Assembly: GCA_039190745.1 (NCBI GenBank)
Contig: JBCCXZ010000055.1
Span: 1 to 29,239, forward strand
DNA length: 29,239 nt
Direction: 5' to 3'
DNA from: Planctomycetota bacterium
GTDB taxonomy: Bacteria > Planctomycetota > Planctomycetia > Pirellulales > Lacipirellulaceae
This document shows, piece after piece, positions 7,127 through 14,822 of this stretch (positions are counted from its first letter, which is position 1; every line of letters begins with the position of its first letter). The notes below the pieces were generated by a model. It did not search any database and was not told the origin of the DNA. It saw nothing but the letters and a program-made list of their open reading frames with translations. A program made the position numbers and the translations under genes.

Positions 7127-8131
7127 TTAGGCGGCTTGGTGCATACGGCGCCGAGGGCCCAGTCGGAAGAGCATCAGCCCCAGAGCCAAGGTCAGGGCGC
7201 CCGGTTCGGGGATCGCTACAGCGGCGGGCAGCACGGCCGGGAACTCGCCCCGTTGCAGTGCTAAGAGGTCGGTGATGTCGGTGTCCCCGTCGTTGTCGAC
7301 GTCTTGGTCGCCGAAGCGCCAGTACTCCAGGGGCACAACGGTCTGGATCGCGTCGGCGATGATGGCCCGGTCGGACTCTTGCAAGCCGGTGAAGAAGCCG
7401 CTTGCCTGGGGCACGTCGTAGGCGCCGAACATGCTCGCGGCCAGCGTCGCCGACGGGATGTACTCTCCCACCGAGTTGAGGTGGATCGGGTCGCCCGGCT
7501 GATTGCCGTAGTAGGGGTCTAGGCTTGCGGACTGTCTCATGTAGGCCATCACTTCAGCGACGGGCACGGGCCACACGTCGGCCGTCGTTTGCGCGGCTAC
7601 ACCCGCGTGTAGCTGTTCGTAGAAATCTCGCGTCATGATCATCGCGGCGTTAGGGTCGCTGCCGTAGGGGCTGTCCCAATACCCGTTCCAGCCGCCGGGG
7701 TCGTCTTCGGCGATATTCAGCCAGGGCCACGACCAGAGCAGGTAGACCTCGACGTTTGGATTCGCAATTTGTGCGTACTCGATCAGGTCGACGACGGCGG
7801 CGGTTTCCGTAGCGAGCGTGGCGGTCGGATTGTTTAGTCGCCAGTAGGGCTGGATCACCAAGTGATCAATCGGTTGCGCTAACCCGGTTGTCCAAGACAC
7901 GGCGGAAGCGATTGAAAGATCGTTTGGGTCAGCAACGATTTGACTGGTTGTCCAAGAGAAACGGACGTGCCATTCGGTCGAGTGCCCGGGCACCCACGTG
8001 GACAGCGCCTGCGGGCGGCTGTCGACCGTGAGGCTGTTCCCCACATGGAAGGAAGTGGTTGTACCCTGCGAGGGGGTGAGGCCCGTCGACCAGGCGCACA
8101 CCGCGAGTAAGACCGTGAGTGCTGACCGCAC
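7127..8131 (-). CDS. Secreted SGNH-hydrolase-like protein with a dockerin-like Ca-binding loop and PEP-CTERM sorting signal
   Basis: Preferred start GTG 8131 (AGGAGA 6 nt upstream, then signal peptide); the ORF extends to ATG 8206. Motifs HVGNSLT, LVIQP, DPIHLN, DVDNDGDTDITD, then IPEP-GALTLALGLMLF-RLGPRRR. Confidence 0.78.
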   Translation of the reverse strand: MRSALTVLLAVCAWSTGLTPSQGTTTSFHVGNSLTVDSRPQALSTWVPGHSTEWHVRFSWTTSQIVADPNDLSIASAVSWTTGLAQPIDHLVIQPYWRLNNPTATLATETAAVVDLIEYAQIANPNVEVYLLWSWPWLNIAEDDPGGWNGYWDSPYGSDPNAAMIMTRDFYEQLHAGVAAQTTADVWPVPVAEVMAYMRQSASLDPYYGNQPGDPIHLNSVGEYIPSATLAASMFGAYDVPQASGFFTGLQESDRAIIADAIQTVVPLEYWRFGDQDVDNDGDTDITDLLALQRGEFPAVLPAAVAIPEPGALTLALGLMLFRLGPRRRMHQAA

Positions 8132-8260
8132 CGTTGCTCTCCTGTTCCGTTGCTCTAGCGGCCTTGATACGGCTCGCAGCCGGCTAGTGTTCCTAACCTT
8201 CAGCATACCGCAAATCTGTCCCGAAGCGACAGTTCGGAGGCGGCCTTGAGAGCCAAAACT

Positions 8261-9295
8261 CTAGCCGCCACGGTAAATGCGTTGCCGCAGGGCGTTTCGG
8301 GTGCCGGTGAACGGCCCCTCGGTAGGGTCTTCCTCGAGCACGCCGGCCATCATCGTGAATTTGGCGTCACAATCGTCGGCGTAGTGTACGAGCAGGGCTT
8401 CGGGGAACATCGGGGGTTTGGGCGAACCCCACTCGGCCAGGCGCTGGTGCGAGACGATGATGTGCTCCAGCCGGAGCAGCGTCTCGTCGTCCAGCGTGTG
8501 TTCAGCGGCGGTTTCGCGGAGGATGTCGCGGCCCTGAAGGATGTGGCCGATTAGGACGCCTGAGGAGGAGTACTCGGCTCCCGTGGCGGTAGGGGTCAGC
8601 TCGCGGACTTTGCCGATGTCGTGCAGCGTGCCGCCCGCGACCACCAAGTCCTTGCGGAGCGGCGGCTGCATGTCGGGGTACAACTCGGCGTACTTGTCGG
8701 CCAGGTACACGCAGGTCTTGGTGACGCTGAGCACATGCTCGAGAAAACCGCCGATGTGGGCGTGGTGGTTGTGCTGCGCAGCGGGCAGTACGAGCAGCGT
8801 CTCTTGGTACTGGTGCAGGATCGCGGAGACGAAGTCCGCCAGCGGCTTGTCCTCGATGTGCTCGCTGACGAGCAGCACCAGTTCTTGGTACATCTCTTCG
8901 GGGTCGAACCGCGACATCGGCAGGCACATCGCGGGGTCGAACCCGTCGGCGCGGTCCTCGTCGTTGGCGGCCCGGATGCGGCGGATGTCGAGCTGCGGGC
9001 CGTAGTTCGTCTCGCGGTACTTGGCGCGCAGCTTGAAGAAGCCGCCCACTTCCCACTCGGTGCGGCACGCCTCGGCCCACGCCGAGTCGCCCCAGATGGG
9101 GAAGTTCACTTCTCGCTGCGAGTCGCGGAAGGCGACCCGGAAGTAGGGCTTGCCGTCTTTGGTGGTCAGCTCTTCCTTGGCCGACAGCAGGGCGAAGAAA
9201 TCGGCTTCCTGGTTGTTCGCCAGGTCGGCCAGCGCGACCGTCTCTCCGGCCGGGGCCGGCTCGTCGCTGAAGAGTGAAGTCTGTGGGGTGCTCAT
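8261..9295 (-). CDS. yhaM: 3'-5' exoribonuclease YhaM/Cbf1 family (OB fold + HD domain)
   Basis: TKDGKPY...D..W OB fold, PAA...HHA..GG.LEH, LHDIGK, LIGHI, HIIVSH, WGSP..P..PEA..VH.AD..DA. Confidence 0.85.
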   Translation of the reverse strand: MSTPQTSLFSDEPAPAGETVALADLANNQEADFFALLSAKEELTTKDGKPYFRVAFRDSQREVNFPIWGDSAWAEACRTEWEVGGFFKLRAKYRETNYGPQLDIRRIRAANDEDRADGFDPAMCLPMSRFDPEEMYQELVLLVSEHIEDKPLADFVSAILHQYQETLLVLPAAQHNHHAHIGGFLEHVLSVTKTCVYLADKYAELYPDMQPPLRKDLVVAGGTLHDIGKVRELTPTATGAEYSSSGVLIGHILQGRDILRETAAEHTLDDETLLRLEHIIVSHQRLAEWGSPKPPMFPEALLVHYADDCDAKFTMMAGVLEEDPTEGPFTGTRNALRQRIYRGG

Positions 9296-9302
9296 GCGAG
9301 CA

Positions 9303-9308
9303 AGTTTA
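9303..9308 (-). promoter_or_regulatory. -10 box TAAACT, probable leaderless promoter of yhaM
   Basis: TAAACT lies 7 nt before the ATG at 9295, with no SD. Confidence 0.55.
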
Positions 9309-9322
9309 CCGCCGGGTGGCCG

Positions 9323-9407
9323 GTGGGGGGTAGTAGGCGACAGAGGACGATTACCTGTGGCCAGCAGACTTGAATTCGCTGGTCAGGCTCCTCGTCTACC
9401 TACCCAC
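9323..9407. other. Extended imperfect intergenic hairpin
   Basis: gggta 9328-9332 pairs with taccc 9401-9405; gtaggcga 9333-9340 with tcgtctac 9392-9399; tggccagc 9358-9365 with gctggtca 9378-9385 (G-U allowed). Confidence 0.5.
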
Positions 9408-9415
9408 GCTAATCC

Positions 9416-10624
9416 TCAAACCTTGTCCGCCTCTTTCGATAGCCGGGTGAGCATCTCGGTGAGCTGATCCAAGATTCCCGACATGATGGGGTCTTCCCCC
9501 CCGCGGGGGCGGCGGCCTTCCACCGCGATCGCCTCGCCGACCTCGATCACCACGTGCATCGGGTGGTGGATGCGGGCGTGGTCGGTAAAGTCCTCCTCGA
9601 ATCGCTCGACCGTTTCGAGGATGTGCTCCTTGATGTTCGGCACCGACCGGCGGACGTACTTCGGCGGGTAGTGCGACATCTGCTGCAGGTAGTAGCTCGT
9701 GGCGAGCAGGTTCCAGCGTCGCCGGCGTTCCTCGGGCGTCACCTTGCGGTCCACCATGTCCGGCAGCAGGGCGGCGCGGATGGCCTTCACGCGGGCGACT
9801 TCGCCAACGGCCTTCTCTTTGATGCCGCAGTCCTGCTCGATTTTGGAGAGCACCTCCTCAATCAACTCAGCGGCGCGGTGGTAGAAGTCACCGCTCTTCG
9901 AGGCGCCGGTGTACTCGACCTCTTTGAGGGCGAGCAACGCCTCGCCTATCTGACGCAGACGGTCTACGAGCGGTCGGTCCTCCTGGGTAAACCAGCCGAG
10001 ACGGTTCTCCAGGTCAGTGAGCACCGGTTTGACGGTCTCTTCGACGTCGCCCTGGAAGAAGTAGCGGATCGCGATCGGGTGGACCACTACGCCCGCCGGG
10101 TCTTTCCGCTTGGCGCGGCGTTTGGCGGCCGTGCGGGCGACGAATGCCGTGCCGTCCATCAGCGGCATCACCTGGTCGTTGTGCCGGGAGATCGCCCCCT
10201 CGGGAAAGACAATCAACGGCCGGCGGGCGGCCGCGAGGATCTCGACTCCGGTGTCGATCGCCGTCCGGTCGAGCCCCTCGCGGTAGATGCTGAAGCCCCC
10301 CATGCGGCGGAGCACGAAGTTGGCCAGCCAGCTTTCCTTGAACAGGTGCCAGGACGCCATTGCGTGCAGGTGGCGGCCGATCTCGCGGGAGAGGATCCCC
10401 AGGGTGAGCGGGTCGGAGAGCCGGCAGTGGTTGGGGGCCAGCAGCACGCCGTGCCCCGCCTCGAGCGTCGCCCGCAGCCGGTCGACCTCGCGGCACTCCA
10501 CCGAGTGCACGCCGAACGCCGTCCGTAAGTACCGTTTCAAGTAGAGCTGGATAATGTTCGGCCACGTATTGCCGTAAACAGGCGGCACGAACTCGTACGG
10601 CTCTTCGACGATCACTTGCTGCAT
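9416..10624 (-). CDS. PlsC-type (lyso)phospholipid acyltransferase
   Basis: NHCRLSD (HxxxxD), GGFSIYR, FPEG, PIAIRY. Confidence 0.9.
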   Translation of the reverse strand: MQQVIVEEPYEFVPPVYGNTWPNIIQLYLKRYLRTAFGVHSVECREVDRLRATLEAGHGVLLAPNHCRLSDPLTLGILSREIGRHLHAMASWHLFKESWLANFVLRRMGGFSIYREGLDRTAIDTGVEILAAARRPLIVFPEGAISRHNDQVMPLMDGTAFVARTAAKRRAKRKDPAGVVVHPIAIRYFFQGDVEETVKPVLTDLENRLGWFTQEDRPLVDRLRQIGEALLALKEVEYTGASKSGDFYHRAAELIEEVLSKIEQDCGIKEKAVGEVARVKAIRAALLPDMVDRKVTPEERRRRWNLLATSYYLQQMSHYPPKYVRRSVPNIKEHILETVERFEEDFTDHARIHHPMHVVIEVGEAIAVEGRRPRGGEDPIMSGILDQLTEMLTRLSKEADKV

Positions 10625-10914
10625 GGGCGGTTCGGGGGAGGACTCTGTGCTAGGTTCTCTCGCCGCTGATTCTCGTGCTGTTGTTTCGCTTGGGAACCAA
10701 AAAAGGGTATTCCCACAGAACCCACAGAAAGTCGTGCCAACCGTAACAACCCGTCGAGACGGCCGCCGAGTTGGTTGAACGACCAGAATACCGGAGCGGG
10801 GCTTGGGTTGCCCAGTGGAGCCGGCCGCATTGGTTTCCCCAGGAAAACGCCGGACCGAGCGGGTCTTCTCGTCGATAAAACGAAGAGACCCGCAGCGAGA
10901 GGAGCGCCCCCGCC

Positions 10915-11853
10915 TTGGACACGCCCGCCGCCAAACTCCGCGCCGCCGGCCAGGCCGCGCGCGACCGCACCGCCGAGTGGATGAAGGGTTTCGAGCGGTA
11001 CCTCCGCACGGAATGCCACCTGGCCGGCAACACCGTCGAGGCGTACGGCCGCGACCTCGGTCGGTTCATCGAGTGGCTCGCCGGCCGGCGGCCCGCCTCG
11101 CTGAGCGTCTCGGAACTGGCCGAGTACCCCGCGCACCTCGCCGAGGAGGGGCTCGCCCCGGGCAGCGTGGCGCGGCACGTCGCTTCGCTGAAGGTCTTCT
11201 TCCGGTACCTGCAGCTCGAGGGCGAGATCGACGACAACCAGGCTGATTTGCTCGCCACGCAGAAGCTCTGGCAGAAGGTGCCCGAGGTGCTCTCGGCCGC
11301 GGGGGTCGACCTGCTGCTCTCCGCGCCGCACAAGTCGGACCCCCACTGGCGGCGCGACCGGGCTATGCTCGAGCTGCTCTACGCGACCGGGTGCCGGGTT
11401 TCGGAACTCGGCGGGCTGCGGCTGCCCGACGTGCGGCTGGACGAGCGGTTCTGTCTCTGCCACGGCAAGGGCGAGAAGCAACGCCACGTGCCCCTTGGCG
11501 TGAAGGCGGTCGAGGCGGTCGAGGCGTACCTGAGGTTCGAGCGGCCGGGGCTGGCGCAGCGGTCGGCGATGTCGACCGACTGGCTGCTGCTCTCCTCACG
11601 CGGCGCCCGGCTCCGCCGGGAACGGGTCTGGGAGCTCATCAAGCGCTACGCTGCCCGCGTGGGCGCCTCGGCCGACCTGAGCCCGCACTCGCTGCGGCAC
11701 AGCTTCGCGACGCACCTGCTGGCCGGCGGCGCCGACCTGCGGCAGGTGCAAGAGATGCTCGGCCACGCCAGCATCGCGACCACGCAGATTTATACGCATG
11801 TGGACCACACCCGCCTGAAAAGCGTCCACGAGGCGTTCCACCCGCGTGCTTAG
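10915..11853 (+). CDS. xerD: Tyrosine recombinase XerD
   Basis: NT.EAY.RDL SAM-like N-domain, RDRAMLELLYATGCRVSEL, GKGEKQR, SPHSLRHSFATHLL, LGHASIATTQIYTHV, C-terminal HPRA. GAGGAG 10 nt before the TTG start. Confidence 0.88.
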   Translation: MDTPAAKLRAAGQAARDRTAEWMKGFERYLRTECHLAGNTVEAYGRDLGRFIEWLAGRRPASLSVSELAEYPAHLAEEGLAPGSVARHVASLKVFFRYLQLEGEIDDNQADLLATQKLWQKVPEVLSAAGVDLLLSAPHKSDPHWRRDRAMLELLYATGCRVSELGGLRLPDVRLDERFCLCHGKGEKQRHVPLGVKAVEAVEAYLRFERPGLAQRSAMSTDWLLLSSRGARLRRERVWELIKRYAARVGASADLSPHSLRHSFATHLLAGGADLRQVQEMLGHASIATTQIYTHVDHTRLKSVHEAFHPRA

Positions 11854-11864
11854 GGAAGTTGCGG

Positions 11865-12350
11865 CTACTGCGAGCGTGGCGGGGCGAAGCGGACGCGCTC
11901 GACCAACGGGTGCCGCTGCCCATTCTCGTCGATGTAGCCGGTGATCGCGGTGATGGCCCGCATCACGTACTTGTACTTCAGGCCGAAGTCGGCGTCGATC
12001 TCCACCTCTTGGTCGTTCGCCGTAGGGCCGGCCGCGTCGTCGATCATGCCGCGGATGCGGCTCTGCAATTCGAAGAACGGCTGCTCGCCGCCCAGCACCG
12101 CTTCGCCCAGCTGGACGCGGGCCAGCTCACGGTCGGGGGTCGCGCGGAGCTTCACCTCCAGGAGCGGCGTCTCGCTCGGGGTGCTTGTGGTGCTCTGCGT
12201 CGCCGCGGGCATGCGGATATTGAAGTCGCCCTCGGGCAGCACGATCTTGAACGTGAAGATGAAGAACACCAGCAGCTGGAACACGATGTCGATCATCGGC
12301 GTCATCTGCAGCATCGACGCCGGCTCGGGTTCTTGGGTGCGGAACTTCAT
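11865..12350 (-). CDS. exbD: ExbD/TolR family protein
   Basis: MTPMIDIVFQLLVFFIF TM segment with the conserved Asp; IDAD..L.Y..V periplasmic motif. Confidence 0.88.
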   Translation of the reverse strand: MKFRTQEPEPASMLQMTPMIDIVFQLLVFFIFTFKIVLPEGDFNIRMPAATQSTTSTPSETPLLEVKLRATPDRELARVQLGEAVLGGEQPFFELQSRIRGMIDDAAGPTANDQEVEIDADFGLKYKYVMRAITAITGYIDENGQRHPLVERVRFAPPRSQ

Positions 12351-12817
12351 CGGGGTTGGGCCCCCCCGATCGTGCGGGCGTCGCTGTACTGGCCGCGGAG
12401 GGCGAACCGCTCGAACTTCAGGTCTTGGCAGGCCTGGATGATCTGCTGCACCAGCCCCACCTTTGCGTCTTCGTCAGCGCGGATTACGATCGTGATGTCG
12501 GCCACGGCGATGCTCTGGTATCGCTCCAACACCTGCGTCTCGCGGACGAGCTCTGAGCGGAGCTGTCCCAGGTCGTCCATCGCGAACCCGCCGTAGATGT
12601 ACTGGTCGTCGCTGGTTAGGTGCACGGTGAGCGGGTGCTCGTAGGGCGCTTCGGGCGGCTTGGCGAGCTCGCTTTCGGGGAGCGTCACGCGCTGGTCCTG
12701 CTCGGCGTCCGAGAAGTTGATCACGAGCATGAAGAACGCGATCAGCTGGAACGTCATGTCGATCATCGGCGTAAGGTCGCCTTCGACGATGCCGGTTTTT
12801 TTAGGACGGAAACGCAT
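12347..12817 (-). CDS. exbD: ExbD/TolR family protein
   Basis: DLTPMIDMTFQLIAFFML, V.LP.S, IRADEDAKVGLV. ATGA overlap with the next exbD. Confidence 0.9.
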   Translation of the reverse strand: MRFRPKKTGIVEGDLTPMIDMTFQLIAFFMLVINFSDAEQDQRVTLPESELAKPPEAPYEHPLTVHLTSDDQYIYGGFAMDDLGQLRSELVRETQVLERYQSIAVADITIVIRADEDAKVGLVQQIIQACQDLKFERFALRGQYSDARTIGGAQPR

Positions 12818-12825
12818 AAAGCAAT

Positions 12826-12898
12826 TGCAGAGTGCGGAGTGCGGAATGCCGGACTACCGACAGGTCAACCTGCAGCTAGCCGCGACGCTACGCGTCGC
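12826..12898. repeat. Degenerate heptamer tandem plus REP-like palindrome
   Basis: tgcagag-tgcggag-tgcggaa-tgccgga at 12826-12853; gcgacgc-tac-gcgtcgc at 12882-12898. Confidence 0.6.
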
Positions 12899-12918
12899 TG
12901 GGGTATCGGGAGCGGGCG

Positions 12919-13707
12919 TTACTTCTTCTGAAACCGATCCATCAGCCCTTCGCTGATAATGCCGGCTTCGAGCACGAGGCGGTTGATGCGGTTGCGGATC
13001 AGGTTGTAGGCGGCCAGCGCGGGGATAGCGAGCGCCAGGCCAATGAAGGTCGTGAACAACGCGGTCGAGATGCCCTGGGCGAGGTCCTGGGCGTTGGGCG
13101 CCCCGCTGGCGGTGGTGGCGATCAGCCGGAAGGCGTCGATCATGCCGCTCACCGTCCCCAGGAGCCCGATCATCGGGCTCAGCGTGCCGATGAGCGCGAG
13201 GTAACTCAGCCGGTGCTCCATCCGCATGCTCTCTTCTTCGCCGACCTCCTGCATCGCCTCGAGTGCCTCATCGTGCCCGGCGGAGATCTTCGCCATCCCC
13301 GCCGAGAGCACTTGTGCGAGGAAAGATTCGTCGTTCTTGGTGAGGTCGTAGGCTTCCTGGAACTGCTTGGCCGCGAGGTGCTGCTCGAAGGCCTCGATCA
13401 GCGTTCCGGGCACGACGTTTTCGCGCCGGGCCATCAGCAGGTTCATCACCAATAGCGCGAACAGCGTGAACGAGAGCCCCAAGAACGTCAGGCCGAAGAA
13501 CCACCCCAGCGAATCGACGGCCCAGCTGAGGTAGCTCACCCGCTCGGGGGTTGCCTCGCCGGAGGGCGCGTCCGGTTCGGCGGCGGCGCCTTCTTGAGCG
13601 GACGCCCGCGAAGCAAGTTCGCCGCCAGAGAAGCCCCCGAACACGAGGAGCGCGAGCATCACGCAAACGGCACGCATGTGGGATGTTCCGGCGGGGCACA
13701 ACAGCAT
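12919..13707 (-). CDS. exbB: MotA/TolQ/ExbB proton channel protein with N-terminal signal-like extension
   Basis: IGTLSPMIGLLGTVSGMIDAF, LAQGISTALFTTFIGL..AIPA. Start placed at ATG 13707 (GGAGA upstream) rather than 13986. Confidence 0.9.
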   Translation of the reverse strand: MLLCPAGTSHMRAVCVMLALLVFGGFSGGELASRASAQEGAAAEPDAPSGEATPERVSYLSWAVDSLGWFFGLTFLGLSFTLFALLVMNLLMARRENVVPGTLIEAFEQHLAAKQFQEAYDLTKNDESFLAQVLSAGMAKISAGHDEALEAMQEVGEEESMRMEHRLSYLALIGTLSPMIGLLGTVSGMIDAFRLIATTASGAPNAQDLAQGISTALFTTFIGLALAIPALAAYNLIRNRINRLVLEAGIISEGLMDRFQKK

Positions 13708-13757
13708 GACGGGGTGTTCTCCAGGGAGCGGTGCGACCGTGTCGCGGCGTTCGAACG

Positions 13758-14822
13758 TTACAGTTTGGCGGCCCAGCGGCTTTCGGGGTAGTCCTCTTGC
13801 AGCCGGGCGGCCGCGTCCTGCGAGCGTCCGGCTCGGCCAAGCTCGTTCCACAGGCCGACGAGGTGGTACAACGCCCGGGCATGCTGATCGCTCTGCTGCG
13901 GGTACAACACGTCGACGTGAAGGTAGGCGAGATGAGACGACTTTGTGTCCCGCGCTTCGCGGTAGCAATCGCCCAGCGCGTTCCAAGCGCGGGCGAGCAG
14001 AGCGGTGTCTTCGTTGTCTGCAGCAGCGATGATCCTCCGCACGTCGACCGCTGCTTCGGCAACGTCGCCCGTAGCGGACCGGCTGACCGCGCTGCCGAGC
14101 GTGGCGGCCAGGGTCAGTTCTTCGCCGGCGGACACGGTGTCGCTCAGGACCTTCTGGAACTGCGTGACCGCCGCCGGGTGGTCGCCGGCGGCCTGGTCGA
14201 GGCGGCCGAGCAAGAGCGCCGCGCGCAGAGCGTAGTACGCCACGCCGGGCTTGGTCAGCTTCTCGTATTGACTGCGGGCCCCGTCGAGGTTGCCCGCCGC
14301 GAGTTCGAGGTCGCCCAGCAACTCGATCGCCGCCGGGAGGTGGTAGCTGTTCTTGTGCTTCGAGACGAACGCGCCGACCGCGGCGCGGCCCTCAGCGGCG
14401 TCGGCCTGGCCGGCGAGCGCCAACCGGCCTCTAGCGCTCGCGATGCCGAAGGCTACTTCTTGGTCGAGTTCCCGCCGGCCGAGCGACTTGCGGGACAGCG
14501 GGTTGAGTTTCTCGACGGCCTGTTCGTAACGGCCGGCTTGGAGGAGCTGCCGGGCGTCGCTCAGCTCGCGCGGCTCGTCGGCGAAGGCGATGCTGCGGAT
14601 CTCGTAAGAGGGGATCCGTTTGTCGACGCCGTTGCGGGCGAGGGTCACCTCTAACGCGCTCACGCGGGTGACCTCGCCGCTCTCGAGGCTCGAGAGCCGG
14701 CGGACCCGGTCGAGGCCGTTCTGGGCTTGAGCCGTTTGCGCGCACGCGAGCAGGACAACCAGCATGGCCGATAGCGACCGCCGCCGGGAGACGGGGCGAC
14801 AATATTGAGGAGAAGTCGTCAT
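13758..14822 (-). CDS. Exported tetratricopeptide-repeat protein
   Basis: Signal peptide (RRR..AMLVVLLACAQTAQA), repeated LG....A.G....A...Y/F helices, AYLHVDVLY, ARALYHL, L.EDYPESRWA. ATG 14822 overlaps the upstream stop (ATGA). Confidence 0.8.
   Translation of the reverse strand: MTTSPQYCRPVSRRRSLSAMLVVLLACAQTAQAQNGLDRVRRLSSLESGEVTRVSALEVTLARNGVDKRIPSYEIRSIAFADEPRELSDARQLLQAGRYEQAVEKLNPLSRKSLGRRELDQEVAFGIASARGRLALAGQADAAEGRAAVGAFVSKHKNSYHLPAAIELLGDLELAAGNLDGARSQYEKLTKPGVAYYALRAALLLGRLDQAAGDHPAAVTQFQKVLSDTVSAGEELTLAATLGSAVSRSATGDVAEAAVDVRRIIAAADNEDTALLARAWNALGDCYREARDTKSSHLAYLHVDVLYPQQSDQHARALYHLVGLWNELGRAGRSQDAAARLQEDYPESRWAAKL

Noticed and set aside
10724..10740. Sigma54 promoter TTGGCACGACTTTCTGT on the minus strand
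   Set aside because: Good -24 element, but the -12 position reads TG instead of the required GC.
10871..10878. Sigma28-like -10 GTCGATAA upstream of xerD
   Set aside because: No TAAA-like -35 at the proper spacing.
10915..11853. Tyrosine recombinase as integrase of a genomic island or integron
   Set aside because: It has housekeeping XerD features (length, HPRA end, no integron-specific insertion); no att, attC, tRNA or cargo genes seen.
13708..13986. Long N-terminal extension of ExbB in the ORF track (likewise FliR to 24518 and FliP to 25469)
   Set aside because: The extensions overlap upstream genes; downstream ATGs with an RBS or coupling give family-typical lengths.
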